DNA of 63,696 nt, the filler included, from Squatina squatina (Eukaryota), in NCBI GenBank assembly GCA_031763465.1. It is 4 parts of 4 records of this genome, joined end to end, with 100 filler letters (N's around TTAATTAATTAA, not from the genome) between each part and the next. Parts side by side here need not be neighbours in the genome. Positions count along the whole stretch, not along the records: positions 15,262 to 38,364 come from JARFOE010000222.1; positions 38,465 to 51,108 come from JARFOE010000004.1; 2 more parts are not named here. One strand, given 5' to 3'. Position 1 is the stretch's first letter. Each line of letters starts with the position of its first letter. The notes under the pieces were generated by a model, which saw only the letters and a program-made list of their open reading frames with translations, was not told the DNA's origin and ran no database searches. A program made the position numbers and the translations under genes. Below are positions 36,313 through 50,090 of this stretch, piece after piece.

Positions 36313-36418
36313 GTTCAAGAAGGTGGCTCATCACCGCCTTCTCAAGGGTAATTAGGGATGGACAATAAATGCTGGCCTTGCCAGCGACGCCCACATCCCA
36401 GGAACGAATTAAAAAAAA
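36313..36418 (+). mobile_element. SINE/CR1-type 3' end with A tail
   Basis: CAAGAAGGTGGCTCATCACCGCCTTCTCAAGGGTAATTAGGGATGGACAATAAATGCTGGCCTTGCCAGCGACGCCCACATCCC...AAAAAAAA. Confidence 0.75.
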
Positions 36419-37335
36419 GTTCTCTGTTATTTGGTCACTTAGCTTTCAGAAACTTGCAGATTAAAGGTGAAGCGTTGTAAGGTTTTCGAGTCTTTGAAAA
36501 GGTTTAAAAATGTTAAGTGCAGTCTTTTCTGAATGTTATACTTGAAGAGTGGTGGGGTTCTAGAACACTAGTGCCTCTTAAAACTGTTTTCACTCTTTTC
36601 TGCAGGAAATGCTTTCAGACTGCCCATTTTTACTTAGAAGATAATGCTTCGCCCAGAGTGGTTTCCACTTCTCCATCGCTGGCCCTTCCTGTTTCAGGTA
36701 ATTTCTTGCAAGTAGCTCTCCTGAATCAGGACTACGCCCATTAACTAGCAATTAAAACATATAATAGCTGTTAACATTTTTGTTTCTGTTTTATTTAGCT
36801 GTTGTGCACAGTTCTTTAATTATTTTATATTGCCATTCATCCTGTGTAGTTTGTTGCATTTACCCCTTATTTCAGTGGACAGTGAATGTACATTCTGTGC
36901 AGATGCAACAGTTTTCCCGCCGTCCCTTATCCAACTTGATCAAAGAAGTCACTGGAGAGAATTTCTACTTCAGAAGCTTGTGCTGCAACCATCATCCATT
37001 TTTTGCACATGGGCGGGGAGATAATTTAGCCGACTCAGAAATCAAGCTAAGGCGCAGCCATGTTCTTCCAAACGTATAACGCATGAAACGTTTGTTTGTT
37101 ACGCTGTTTCAAGCACACCTTGGTGCTGAATGTAGTACCAATCAAAAGCAAAGCAGCTCTTTCCCCCATGCACAACCCAGGAAAAAGACTGCAAATGCTG
37201 GAAGTATGAATCAACAGAGAAGTCTGGAAGAATATTACAGTTCTATCAGGATCTCTACGCAGATTGTGACAGAGCTGCTGTGTATTTTCAGTTTCTTCCA
37301 TTTTCCCAGTTTTCAAAAAAGAAAGNNNNNNNNNN

Positions 37336-37530
37336 AAGTACTTTTGAAGTGCAGTCACTATGGTAATGTAGGAAAAACGGCAGCCAAATTGCGGACAGCA
37401 AGGTCCCAAATTCAGCAATGTAATAATGACCAGATAATTTTTTTTTAGTGATGTTGGTAGAATGATAAATATTGTCCCGGGATACCGGGGCAAACTCCCT
37501 CACTCGTCTTCGAAATAATGCTATGGGAAA
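37336..37530 (-). mobile_element. DeuSINE Deu-domain and 3' part
   Basis: AAGTACTTTTGAAGTGCAGTCAC...GGCAGCCAAATTGCG...TAATGACCAGATAA...GATAAATATTG...CTTCGAAATAATGCTATGGGA. Confidence 0.85.
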
Positions 37531-38364
37531 GTTTCCATTTTTCACACATTCACAGTGGGACAGACTACACATGATTTTGCAAATCCAAGAGCAGGAATGA
37601 AAGTAACTGCTTGAAAAAAATCATGATTACTTATAATTGCAACCCATTTAAACATTGTTTTTGTTGCGTCCGTGTTAACATTATTGAAAAAGAACTTTAC
37701 TAACCTCCAATGAATAATTACAAACACACAGCATTCTCCCCATGGTGACGCATTTCAAACATCAGTACATAAAGTGCTAATCAAATTACCATGAAGTGCT
37801 AATGTTTAATTTCCCTCCTGCAGCTATTTACCAGTGTTAACGTTGCCTTAATAGCTTTTCTGTACAAATATTGTTCATAATAACAATGGAAGATTTTAAC
37901 ATGATGCTGGTCTCTTAAAATGATTTTCAGTCTGAATACTTGATTATGACATCGTAATAAAATGTTAAAATGCAGCATTTTGCCTCTTGGGAAACATACA
38001 ACTAAAATTCTCAAGGAACAGGGACCCAGGAAATCATTTTGGTTGTACATTAATTTATTTATTCAAACAGCAGACTTGTATCGGTTTTCTATCACTCCAT
38101 GTTGCTGCCGTTTTGCTGTACTGTACGCATCGAGTAGTCACCCTTTTCTAAACTTGTACTGATATAAATTCTAGGGAAGCAGGCCGAGTAGTGGTACATA
38201 AAAACAGAAAATGCTGGATATACTAGAAGCTCAGGCAGCATCAGTGGTAATGGTGTTGGGCTAGCAGCCCACGAGGTTCATATACCACCATGGCAAGTTG
38301 TGAATTGAATTCATTATTCTGGTCATTTGTGGGTTGGCATCAGAAAATTACCATGAAAGCTGCC

Positions 38365-38464
38365 NNNNNNNNNNNNNNNNNNNNNNNNNNNNNNNNNNNN
38401 NNNNNNNNTTAATTAATTAANNNNNNNNNNNNNNNNNNNNNNNNNNNNNNNNNNNNNNNNNNNN
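38365..38464. other. Synthetic scaffold-joining linker
   Basis: 44 N + TTAATTAATTAA (38409-38420) + 44 N. Confidence 0.97.
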
Positions 38465-41400
38465 GTCAAGGGAATTGAACATGGCAAATTGACACTGAAA
38501 TACATATGCCATGTTTCACTGGGTGCTTTATAGAAGTTTCTGCATAAAAAGGAGCACGGTGGGTGTGCATGAACTTAATCCAATGGTAACTCTTTGCATG
38601 GAGTGAATTGACCAGTTCAAGGTTTCAGTTGATTCACGAGGTCTTTTTTTCCCCCAAAACAGGAGCTGCAGTATGTGAATTGACTTCCCCTGTACTTTTG
38701 CAAGTATGAGGTAGTTTGAGATCCTATTTTAAAAAAAAAACCCTCAAAAGCGGTCATGTAGCTTGCTTTATGTTTTTTTCCGTTTCTGAATGGAAGGCCC
38801 CTTTCTGCTTGGCTCTTCAGGGGACACAGACAACTTGCTTGAAGAAGCTTCATGGGTTGACTTGCCAGAGTGTTCAGTCTCTGGTTTTCCCTCCTGAAGA
38901 TGAGACAGAGCTGGGTAGCCTTGGGCCCCTCCCATTTCTCTCGGGAAAGCAGCATACGCAGAGGTGGAAGGTTGAGGATCTGCTTCATATCTTCCCTGAG
39001 GAATAAGGGACTGTGGTGGAACAGTTTTGAGGGGGNNNNNNNNNNNNNNNNNNNNNNNNNNNNNNNNNNNNNNNNNNNNNNNNNNNNNNNNNNNNNNNNN
39101 NNNNNNNNNNNNNNNNNNNNNNNNNNNNNNNNNNNTCACTAACACTTTTAACAGTGAAGCAAAACTTAGTAGAATTTAGCCATTTAAATTTAGAGTCGAG
39201 CAGCGTAAAAACGTTTCTGTGCTACCATTCAAAATGGGGGAATCTCTTTTTTTTATACATTTGTGAGTACCTTTTAAGATAGAACAAAATGGCAAAAGGA
39301 ACCTCATTGGAATGCACATTGACCTTTCACCCGTCATCCATCTGCTGCTGAATTCACTTTGGTTGACAAGGCCTGATGAAGTGTCGTACGAGCAACAACA
39401 AAATCGTGGCAGGCTGAGCATAATTGGACCATCAGCAGCACTTCAATCCAAAGAACTACGCCTTGTATATATCATGAACTTTAGATTATCTCTTGAGTGA
39501 ATTTCCAAAATTTTTTCCTCTCGAATGAGAAAATGTAAAAACAAAATTTTAAAACAATTAATGTTTGAAAGGCAGCTTGAGTTTCGCCTACTGGGTGAAC
39601 CAACAGATCTGACCAGACAGAGGGATGACATTCTCCTCATGGTAAAATCCTGCCTGTCCGATGGGAGGTGGAGACAAACCATTTCCCCGCAGGAAGGAGG
39701 AAAAGACAGGGGCTGAGTTAACCAAGAAAGCAGGGACTGGGGCTGAACTGGTCACCTTGTTGGATGGAAAATAGTTTGAAAAGTATACGGTGAAAGAAAA
39801 CTTTAGGAAGCAAATGAAATTTTGAAAAAAGTAGAAAATTATTTTTCTGTGATGTGGTAAATGTTTATCACGGTATAGGTGCCCTATGGGAAAAGTTTCA
39901 ACATTTCTGGTCAAATCACACAATTTAAATCGTTAAAAAAAAAGTTGTCAGGCTAGCATTTTGGGTTCAGTACTGGCTTAACTTTGAATTTCAGTGCGCA
40001 TAAACAAACTGCCTTAACATTGTTAAATAGCACGCGAGTCTGAAGTATTCCTTTAGTACTTTACCACATTATTATGAAATAACATTTTTAAATCAACCCT
40101 GTTCCCTGCAGAGCAAGTTACCTATATTGCTGATGCTGCACCATCAGAACTTTGGGTCACCTCTTTCCACTTGGTTCTAAATCCCCATAAAAGCCAGTTT
40201 TTTTTTTGAAAGAGTTCAGGAGCAGGTTAAAGGGCCTCAATACCAGAGTAGGCAATGGCCATGGACAAATCAATTTAATCAGTCACTATGGTATGCACTG
40301 TGTTATTCGATTCACTGAACCATTTCACCTCACCAACTGACCATCAACCTGCTGTCAGGTCTTCCACTTTCCACTAGGGGTCTCGGCACCATTGACATAC
40401 CATTTGGTCGAAAGGTTTGTGTTTTAAATTAGCGTCCTTTCCATTCTTAGTTTTGTTGACCAACGTTAATGTTAAAACCAATTCACCTCCAACAAGGTGG
40501 TGAACAAAATCTTACTTTTGAAGACAAGCTTTCCACTGCCAATCTGATCTTTCCGCAGTTTTCACTTGCAAATGTGCACTGCACATCTGCTTGCAGCCCA
40601 CCGAGTTTGAAGGGGGAGGGGGAAGTAGCTTTTTGTTCTACTTACTATTTACTCATTCTGTGTCAATCATTCATGTCAGATGTCCAGACCACACCCGTTT
40701 TCTAAAGCTTTCGTTTCCCCAGGGGAAATGAAAGCTTTGTCAAAATGTAAGTGATTGAATAGTCCTGTACAATGAGTCATTTGCTTTAGTGTGTAGTCCC
40801 CATATATTTAGGGTAAATCCTGAATCTAAAATAATCAAAAAGCTTGCCAATAAAAACATTTATTAAAAATGATAGGAAATGCCAATGCAGGAACTTTCCC
40901 ATTTAATTTTAGGGCTACTTTCCGTTAGCTGAGAGCCTGAGCATGGGTCGTTGATGGGACTATAGTGCTATAGCTCAACTGTTCCGACCTGTGCTCGCCA
41001 CTCAGAATTAATGATGATGGTGCGGTTGCTACAAGTGTTATACAATTTAAAGTACAGAAACAGGCCATTCGGCCCAACAGCTCTATGCCAGTTTTAATGT
41101 CCCACCTGAGCCCCCTTCCACCTTACTTCATCTCACTCTATCAACACTGGCCAATGCTCCCTTACTTAGGTCGGGGGCGGAGCCAAATGCAACACTCCTG
41201 CCGCCACCATGATGGAGACCACCTAACTCAGTAAAAATGAACTTTTCTACTTCAGAAGAGTCAGCAACTCACTGAGCCCACAGAGCCATCGGGAGAGCTC
41301 TATGCTTATATTTTTTTATAAAACCACCTGCGCAGCAGGAGAATTAAGCCTGGAATCAAATCATGAGTTCTGTTGTCAGCTTGTATTAGGAGCCACCCAC

Positions 41401-41669
41401 TGCTAACCAAATCAGGAACCAGCAGAAGAGCTGTCCCTGAGATAGATCTCATTTATATTGGTGCTCATTTGGAACCAGTAAGTCAGCGAGTTTATACAGT
41501 GAGAAGAGGTAGCCTTGTTTGGTTCCAATGCCTGACCTCCATTCAGCATTATAAATGAGGCAATCAAGGTGCCGACACAGGATAGTGCTTTTTAAACATA
41601 AATGAACACATCTCCATTTCTGTCTCCCTAGCCAGATGAGTAAACTGACATTTTTCTTCAATGAGCATT

Positions 41670-41813
41670 GACTGGTTCCTTTAACGGATCAGTGGGTTCA
41701 TTCAACAAGCAGCTGAGACACACAGAGCAGGAAGGTAGGTACCATGTTCAATCCTAGGTGAATTGGCTTGTCTCATTTGTGATGGTGGTAGAAGCACTGG
41801 GTTAGGGAGGGGA
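41670..41813 (+). mobile_element. AmnSINE2-like 5' fragment
   Basis: CAGGAAGGT...CATGTTCAATCCTAGG...GGTGGTAGAAGCACTGGGTTAGGGAGGGGA. Confidence 0.4.
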
Positions 41814-43869
41814 NNNNNNNNNNNNNNNNNNNNNNNNNNNNNNNNNNNNNNNNNNNNNNNNNNNNNNNNNNNNNNNNNNNNNNNNNNNNNNNNNNNNNNN
41901 NNNNNNNNNNNNNATGGGGGAAGGGCAGAAGGAATTTGGGTTAGATCTCCGATCTGTGGAGCCAGCAGCATAATCTCTCCAACCCCCCACTTTCTCCCTC
42001 TCAACGTTCCTCATCAAATTTCTTTTGTCTGATATGAAACCACGTCAAATGTTAAAACTTTACTCTCCAGCCTAGTTAACCTCCACAAACTGCATTGTAC
42101 AAAAGAAAGGTACAGCACCCTCAGCTTTCTCCTGCACATCCACTGACTAAACTCGCTGTGGTTTACAGAAGAAATTTACAGTACGCAATACATTAAAAGA
42201 AAATTTTTGGACAAGGAAAGATTCATTAATAACGTAGTCTGCATACAATTCATTGGAACCACAAGGAATGCCTCACAAAGCCAGAGGTATGCCAACCTTT
42301 CAAGCGTACGGCAGTAGTTTCACACAATGTCATTAATATAAAATATGGTGCTGGTTATCTTCGCTGTGTGGCCAGAAAATGCAAATAGTATTAAGTTCTC
42401 CCATGATATTAAATGGATACCATGCAGTCTTGCAAAATTTTCCAAAGATAAACAGAGCAGCAATCTATTGGATTGCCAAAAACATATGGGGCAGCTAATT
42501 CGAGTTTTTAAAGTTTCTAGCACTAAGTGCTGAATTTTGCGCTGGAAATGGGACTCTTTGAAANNNNNNNNNNNNNNNNNNNNNNNNNNNNNNNNNNNNN
42601 NNNNNNNNNNNNNNNNNNNNNNNNNNNNNNNNNNNNNNNNNNNNNNNNNNNNNNNNNNNNNNNCAAATTGGCTGCTGTGTTTGCAACATAACAGCAGTTA
42701 CTAAACATCAAAGAATATTTATTATATATGACACATTTTAACACATTTTAATGCACATTTTTCTAGCTCCACATCTCTGCCTGGTCATCAGGCGAGACAG
42801 AGCTACCCCACAAAGAGGAAGTGATAATCAGAGGCCAACTGACAGGTCCAATTGGCATGGTCCACCAGCCAGCTGGCCATTTTACGATGGGGTGAAGCAC
42901 ACTGTTAGCAATTGAGGTGGATTCTCCTTCCCGCATTGCCAGGAGTTTCCCTTCCATCTTTACAAGTTGATCCAGATTCTCCTTTCCGCTACTTCCATCT
43001 GCTGTATATTCTCCTTTGACGATCCGAGACGTTGTGCATAGTGGTGCAGTAAATTGGCCCTAACTCCCCTTGGTGTATGACACACTAAAGTACAATTTAA
43101 AAGCCAAAACAAATTACCTGATCAATAGGTTGCGACACTGAATTTCTAATATCATCAACTTTTCCTCTGGTGTTTGCCAGAGGAAGACCAAGATAACAAA
43201 ATTAGACATTGGAAATCAGCTGCCTAGAAGGAGGGCAATTTTCCTATTGGTCAACACTGCAACACTTATCTGAACTTTCAAATTGCTCTTTTAACACAGA
43301 GGTCTTCTCCCTTACTCCACCAAATCTACCGTGGTATTTTACGGTTAGTTGCCTTCAGAGGTATTACTTTCCCTGGGCTTGGCTGCCATCCCTCTTCCAG
43401 TCAAATAGCTTGCTGACAATCACTTTCAAGACTCACTAATAGGTAGTTGGAGGCAAGTGATCAGATGGTGTCCCGATGTACCTCGTCAGAAGAAGGGAGT
43501 GGAGAAATTGGGTGAGAGAAAACAACTTAGAGTGGGTGAGAGAGGTATAGAAACAGATAGAGAGAGTAATTGGGGGAATTCAAAACACTGTCTGGGTGTT
43601 GAGTGCTGCTTCAAATCGGCTTTTATCATTTTCACCTTCTGTCATCTGCCTAGACTGACAAAACTCTTTCATCCTTCCTATTTTAATGCAAATATCCTGT
43701 CACATCAGCTTCCTGACAAGGGGACGACATGTGAGATGGGAGATAAAACTTTGGCACTGTTTTTTCCAGNNNNNNNNNNNNNNNNNNNNNNNNNNNNNNN
43801 NNNNNNNNNNNNNNNNNNNNNNNNNNNNNNNNNNNNNNNNNNNNNNNNNNNNNNNNNNNNNNNNNNNNN

Positions 43870-44090
43870 TCTGTTACTTGTCCCCTTATTCTGCACGCTC
43901 TGACCTTATTCAATAGTTTATTATGTGGTACCTTTTCAAAGGCCTTTTGGTAATCTAGATAATCTAGGTAAATTACATCTACTGCATCACCCTTGTCTAC
44001 TCTCTCTGTTACCTCTACAAAGAATGCAATGAGGATGGTAAAGCAAGACTTTCCCTTTTGAAATCCATGCTGACTATTCATTGTGAATGT
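43870..44090 (-). mobile_element. CR1 LINE RT fragment
   Basis: Translation SQHGFQKGKSCFT...VDVIYLDYLDYQKAFEKVPHNKLL. Confidence 0.9.
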
Positions 44091-44732
44091 TTTTCTTTCT
44101 AGATGCAGTGTTGCATAGAGTACTGGTCCATAAAGTAGAATAGGATAGGCAGTTATTGAAGTAAATTGGCAACTAAATGCAAGCCAATGCAAACTGATGC
44201 TGGGCCAGTGTATGAATTTGAACATGCCCTGTCCGAGCTGGAGGTGCGCTTAGCAAAACTGGAACCAGAGCTGTCTCTGTACCTGAAATTGTACATAGAC
44301 GTCCTTCTATCTGGGGCAACTCTTCAGCAAATTCAATAGGTATGCTGAGCCTAATTCTTGAGCAGTATTCACACTTCCGAAAGTCATGCCACATTGAAAC
44401 CAAGTATGAGCAATTCACTGAGCTGGATTTACAGTTTTCCATGCAAATTTTAATACCAGAAATTGGAACGGAACAGACAGACCTCAGCTGAATAAAAATA
44501 GTATTGATGACTGTGCAGAATAAACAAAGGATTACATGACCATAATAGAAGCACTATGGTGTGAATTTCTTGGTATCTCAAGAGAATTCTTTTTCCCTTT
44601 GAGGGAGGTTGGCAATATGTGGAGCGTGGACAAAAGGAGGATTGCTGAAATGTACACTTTTAATTTAAGCAAGGAACAGTTTAGAAAACACGCCATGTGC
44701 AATCTGCAAAGTAACTCAAATAGTAATTTTAC

Positions 44733-44917
44733 CGGTCTCCCTTTGGCTTCCGTTTTTGTACTGTCTTCCCTTTTGGCCGCCTCTCACTGCCTGAACAAGG
44801 GGTACCTCCTGGGCCTGTTACCCGTATTGACTCCAGGCCTTTGGATGATTTTTTGAAGGTGAATTCCACAGGCTCTCCTTCTTTTAAACTCCTAAATCCA
44901 TCCATGTAAAGTTTGCT
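44733..44917 (-). CDS. LIN28B: LIN28B exon (185 nt): end of cold-shock domain and basic linker
   Basis: ctccag|AGC AAA CTT...GAC CG|gtaaaa; encodes SKLYMDGFRSLKEGEPVEFTFKKSSKGLESIRVTGPGGTPCSGSERRPKGKTVQKRKPKGD(R); EPVEF and QKRKPKGDR favour the B paralogue. Confidence 0.95.
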
Positions 44918-45149
44918 CTGGAGATTCAAACACAAAAAAGAAATAAATTACTATATTTATCTTTGCTAAGTCAAGATTGATTCTAAGAAATAAATGCGGT
45001 CAGATGGCACAGCTAGGCTTTTGGTAATAAGATTAATGAAGCAGCGCATTAACTTATTCTTATAATTCCCATTTTCATTTGGACTTTACAACACATAAAT
45101 TAAATTATTACCATGATAAAGTCCCAGGATAATATAAACAAAATAATAG

Positions 45150-45250
45150 TACAACAGTGATAATGCTTCTAAAGTGCTTCACTGGCTTTAATTCGCTTTG
45201 GGACGTCCTGAGGTCGTGAAAGGCGCTATAGAAATGCAAGTCTTTTTGTT
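45150..45250 (+). mobile_element. DeuSINE 3' tail
   Basis: CGCTTTGGGACGTCCTGAGGTCGTGAAAGGCGCTATAGAAATGCAAGTCTTT. Confidence 0.85.
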
Positions 45251-46439
45251 TTCGCAACAACATTTGACGTTNNNNNNNNNNNNNNNNNNNNNNNNNNNNN
45301 NNNNNNNNNNNNNNNNNNNNNNNNNNNNNNNNNNNNNNNNNNNNNNNNNNNNNNNNNNNNNNNNNNNNNNNCAACTAACAGGAAACACTCACAATGCTAG
45401 TGTGGACTTAAGAGCCATTGTTTGATAAAAGCATCTGAATCGGAGTCAACTGCTGGGACTTATTATCATAATTGTTACGATGGGTGAAATGTACCCTTGC
45501 TCACAAATTGCATGAAATTCTTGACCGTATGGCTCTGTGGGGCAAGAATACTCATTCTTCCAAACTAACTTCAAAGTACTTACGACAGTTAGTTTAATTC
45601 TATTTAGAGTGTTCCTGTCTTCAGATAAGCTCACAAGTGTTCGTGCATTGTTACAAACATGAATTGTGTCCCTGAATTTCACATTAATCAAACCAGAATA
45701 AAAGGAGTAAAAAGCGTCATCTATAGAGCCAAGACATGTAACATAAATAAGTACTGCCATGACAAGACCATAATACTCATACAGACATCACCTTTTTCAG
45801 AGTAAACTACTGCCAGGTTAAACAATGAACTAATAAGATGTATTCTTTAAAATTTAATTAACTGTAAAAGAAGTTCAACCTAAGAACTATAATTATACCA
45901 GCAAATGTAGACTGAGCCGTAGTCCTTTACAGTAGTTTCTAGTGCTGGAACAAAACTATTTTATTTTAGAATTTCTTTGTTGTACTTAAACTTAACTTAA
46001 CATCTTTGTTTTGGCACAGTAACTTGATGTTTAACCTTTTCCCACTTAAAAGTTTTAGAAACTTCCATTATTTTCAAAGAGATTTCAAAGCTGTTTTGGC
46101 CAGCTCAACTGGGAAAATCAGTTCTATTACACACCTGTGTCTATGTATCACATATAAATTACACATGCACATCACAGCTCCAAGTGCCTTTGCCAAAGTT
46201 TTGCTCAGATTAAAATAACAGACACTTTAAACATCTGGAATCCAGAAATGTAAAGAGGAAGTTACACCAGCAGTTAAGAGAATGAAGCCTCTGTGAGGGA
46301 TGTCACACATTATTCCAAATGGCTTTCCAATTTTAAACCAGTTCTGAAATGCTCCAAGTGAGATGTTACAGAGACACACATGAATCAGAGACCAGGAAGA
46401 GGCGGACACTGGGGGATGTGAGAGCAGGCAAATCGATCA

Positions 46440-46725
46440 TGAGAGTAACTATTCATTGAAGGAGTTACATCAGAGTGGGGGCAAGTACTGAGTAGGATAG
46501 CTCAGGGCTTAGTGTTGGGACTGCTACTATTTCCCATTTATATTAACAACTTAGATTCAGAAACTCAATGCAAATTTGCAGATGATATCAAACTAGGAGT
46601 GCAATTGCAAGATGCAGCTCATAAATTACAGAATGATTTGGGCAAAATATTTATGTGGGCTGAACAATTTAATGCAGACAAGTGTAAAATACTGCATATA
46701 GGAGAAAAGAATGTGAAAATGGAAA
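46440..46725 (+). mobile_element. CR1 LINE RT fragment
   Basis: Translation VLGLLLFPIYINNLD...KFADDIKLG...FNADKCKILHIG. Confidence 0.85.
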
Positions 46726-48374
46726 CTGCATGAATGATGTTGAGAAAGCCAAGGATGNNNNNNNNNNNNNNNNNNNNNNNNNNNNNNNNNNNNNNNNNNN
46801 NNNNNNNNNNNNNNNNNNNNNNNNNNNNNNNNNNNNNNNNNNNNNNNNNNNNNNNNNATACCACAGAGGACAAAATCAGTTTTAAGTGAAAGTAGGCAAT
46901 CGGATTATAAATAACTCTACTGTTTTTTGACAGGTAGCGCAGTTTAAAGTGCTGCAGATTCCCCCAAAGCATAAAATACAGGAAAGTGAAGTGGTAAAAT
47001 GGTGATGCTTGTGATCATACAATGAGAAAGAGAAAGTGCTCTCTTCCTACAAAGGTAAAATGGTTTGGTCAGAAATTGCTGTCCAGTAGTGAACAGGTTA
47101 AGAGGAGATTCTTTGTGCCTCTATCGGCTACGTTTCATGCATGATTACATGATTAAAATCCTACAATATTACACATCTTCCAGCAGCCTCAAGTTCCATT
47201 TTATTTTTCTTAAATTATACAGTTTCGAAGTGGAGAAAACCGCAAGTACCCTCAGATCCATCTCTCTACCGATCTGCCACCTAGTCAACAGCAACTTTAT
47301 CTTTGACCTGATTAAAGTGTTTTAACAGGAATTTCCTAACATTGTGAGCTAACCATTTCCCCCAAAGTTCTAAAAACTTCTAGGTCATGAAGTTCAGAGG
47401 GCAAAGGTCACAGTGTCAGCTGACTGATCAATTTGGACAGGGTCGGAAGCTGGGCATCTGGGACCTTTTCTTTAACTTCTGTCATTTTCTGTCTTAAATT
47501 GGTTGCCTACTGTTTTCATCTCCCATCTATAGTATTCCTATTCTTACTTGAATCCTTATCAAACCTCCTGGTTCCTCAGTAATCTTCCACCTAATCCTGA
47601 CGAATTTGTTGATTGTGAGTGGAACTACTACAAAACAATACAAGAAAATTGATTGGCAGTCCCTGGTAATGAAATCCGCCCCCCCCCCCAAAAAAAAATA
47701 CAAGAGGAAAGAGAGGTATTTCCTAATTTATCTGCACCTTGACACTTTTAAGTGAAAAACATTTCAAAAATCTTCAGGCAAAAAAATAAAGACATCTTTT
47801 AAGAATGCCAACTGACTAATTAGTAACTAAATAAAAAGTTTTGAGGTAGACAATGACAAATGGATACTACTATTTTATTTTAAATTCTCATTTCTAAATC
47901 TGCCTATAATTTATATTTGTGTTACAATGTGCTACACTACCACAAGAGCACGACCTCCAGATTTTGTTAGCATGAGTTATATTTACCTTTTATCTCTAAC
48001 CACTCCAATCCCAGAAGTTCCCCTGATGTTTCCACAACTCTTTACATTGGTTGCGCCTCTGTCAAGTAACATAATACTTTTGAGGCATTAAATGGCAAAT
48101 TTAAATGGAGTTCTAAAGATTGCTGTGTATATTGCATGATCAAGCATCTCATAGGCTTGCAGATGGATGCATGTCAATTTAAATTGACATTCTCACAGAA
48201 GAAACACTTTTAAAATTTACTATTAAATACAAAAAGCCAACCCATTCCCACCCCACAAACGATTTATGATGGGGNNNNNNNNNNNNNNNNNNNNNNNNNN
48301 NNNNNNNNNNNNNNNNNNNNNNNNNNNNNNNNNNNNNNNNNNNNNNNNNNNNNNNNNNNNNNNNNNNNNNNNNN

Positions 48375-48925
48375 ATGCAGAGGTCTTCATTTTGGTCCCC
48401 AATCAGCCCCACCCCCCTCTAACTACCCTTTTACTATTTATATGTCTATAGAAGACTTTTGAATTCCCTTTTATGTTCGCTGCCAATCTATTCTCACACT
48501 TTCTCTTTGCCCCTCTTATTTCCTTTTTCACTTCCTCTCAGAACTTTCTACATTCAACCTGGTTCTCACTTGTATTCTCAATTTATTATCTGTCATAAGC
48601 CTCTTTTTCTGCTTCATCTTACCCTCTATCTCTTTCATCATTCAGGGAGTTCTGCCTTTGNNNNNNNNNNACCCTACCTTTTCTCCTCATGGGAACGTAC
48701 CTCGACTATACCCGCACCATCTCCTCTTTAAAGGCAGCCCATTGTTCAGTTACTGTCTTGTCTGCCAATCTTTGATTCCAATTTACCAGGGCCAGATCCA
48801 TTCTCAACCCGCTGAAATTGGCTTTCCTCCAAATAAGTATTTTTACTCTAGATTGCTTCCTGTCTTTTTCCATAGCTAGTCTAATCCTTATGATACTGTG
48901 ATCACTATTCCCAAAATGTTCCCCT
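48375..48925 (-). mobile_element. CR1 LINE ORF2 fragment upstream of RT
   Basis: TGGTCCCCAATCAGCCCCACCCCCCTCTAACTACCCTTTTACTATTT...CTATTCTCACAC is shared with the CR1 copy near 62200-62390. Confidence 0.7.
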
Positions 48926-49599
48926 TCCTTTTCTGCAATGACTCAGACTTAACAGAATTATTTTAAAAAAACATGCACAGATGTTTGTATATTTTAAACC
49001 ATGAAGTTGATCCTCATCTTTCAAGATAACTAGATTGCTATTAGGTAAAATAACATGCCAGAAGAACTAGAATCAATTTCCATCTACAAGAATCTTGAGC
49101 CATTTAGGGTGAAGTATTATACTACTACTGTGCCAGTCTAAAACAGTTTCAGTCGCACATCAGCAATCTGACCCCAGAACTCACTAAAGCTGTGCAATGT
49201 GACACCCTTTCAAAAAAATAGTTTTCAGACCTCCTGGGCATTTTATAAAACTTACTGCCGTCTTTTTTAATGTTACAAGAAAGTTGACACTTTCCACCTA
49301 TACTTTCAAAGCATTACAAGTTTACCAGCTGGCGAAACATCTTCGCACGCATGGGTTGAGCCCTTTGCTGGGCAGGCAGAATGCAGTCTGCAGCCTGCAG
49401 TATAACTCAATTGTTGGTATCTGTGATTTGCAGTCTGCAGCCACCAGTCAGTACCAGTTAGTGCAATCTAACTGCAGCCTTAAGTTAGCGAGCCCGTTTG
49501 GAACCCTTCAGGAGTAATTAACCAGATTTTTCATTTTGTGTTTTTAAGATAATGAACTTTAGTCATCATTCAACCACATATGTTTATTATAAATCAGAC

Positions 49600-50090
49600 T
49601 ATTCAGAGCTTCCACAGTCCAGACAAGTTAATGCAGAAATTCTGAAAGGGAGAGTTCAAGTCGTGAAGTTAAATGCAAAAAAAGTAACCATGAAAGCTGC
49701 TGGATTTTTGTAACAACGCAACTATTTCAGTCAATGCCTTTCCGGAAGTTACCACGTCAACCCTGTCTGGCCTACATGTGTCTCCAGTCTCTCATTATTT
49801 GGTTGACCCTTCATGCTCTCAAGGCAACTAGGGATGGCCAATAAACACTGCCTTGCTAGTGTTACTAATTTTTGTCTCTTCCAAAAAGTTATCCGAGCCA
49901 ACACCACCAAAACAGAATAATTGGGCATTTATCGCACTGTTAATGGCATCATCTTGAACATATTTGCTGTCATATTATGTATCCCTACATGACAAAAAAG
50001 GGGATTATACTCAACAACTAAGTCATTAGCTGTGATGCACTTTGAGACATCCGAAGAAGCTGAATGGTGACATAAATATAAGATCTTACT
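49600..50090 (+). mobile_element. Degenerate tRNA-SINE followed by a DeuSINE 3' half
   Basis: GTCTGGCCTACATGTGTCTCCAG...AAGGCAACTAGGGATGGCCAATAAA, then CAACACCACCAAAACAGAATAATTGGGCATTTATCGCACTG...GCACTTTGAGACATCC. Confidence 0.6.

Noticed and set aside
39372-39400. CTGATGA motif as hammerhead or C/D snoRNA box
   Set aside because: No GAAA box after a stem and no convincing partner box or terminal stem
42763-43060. Minus-strand open frame as the LIN28B terminal exon
   Set aside because: No CCHC zinc-knuckle motif in any of the three minus-strand frames
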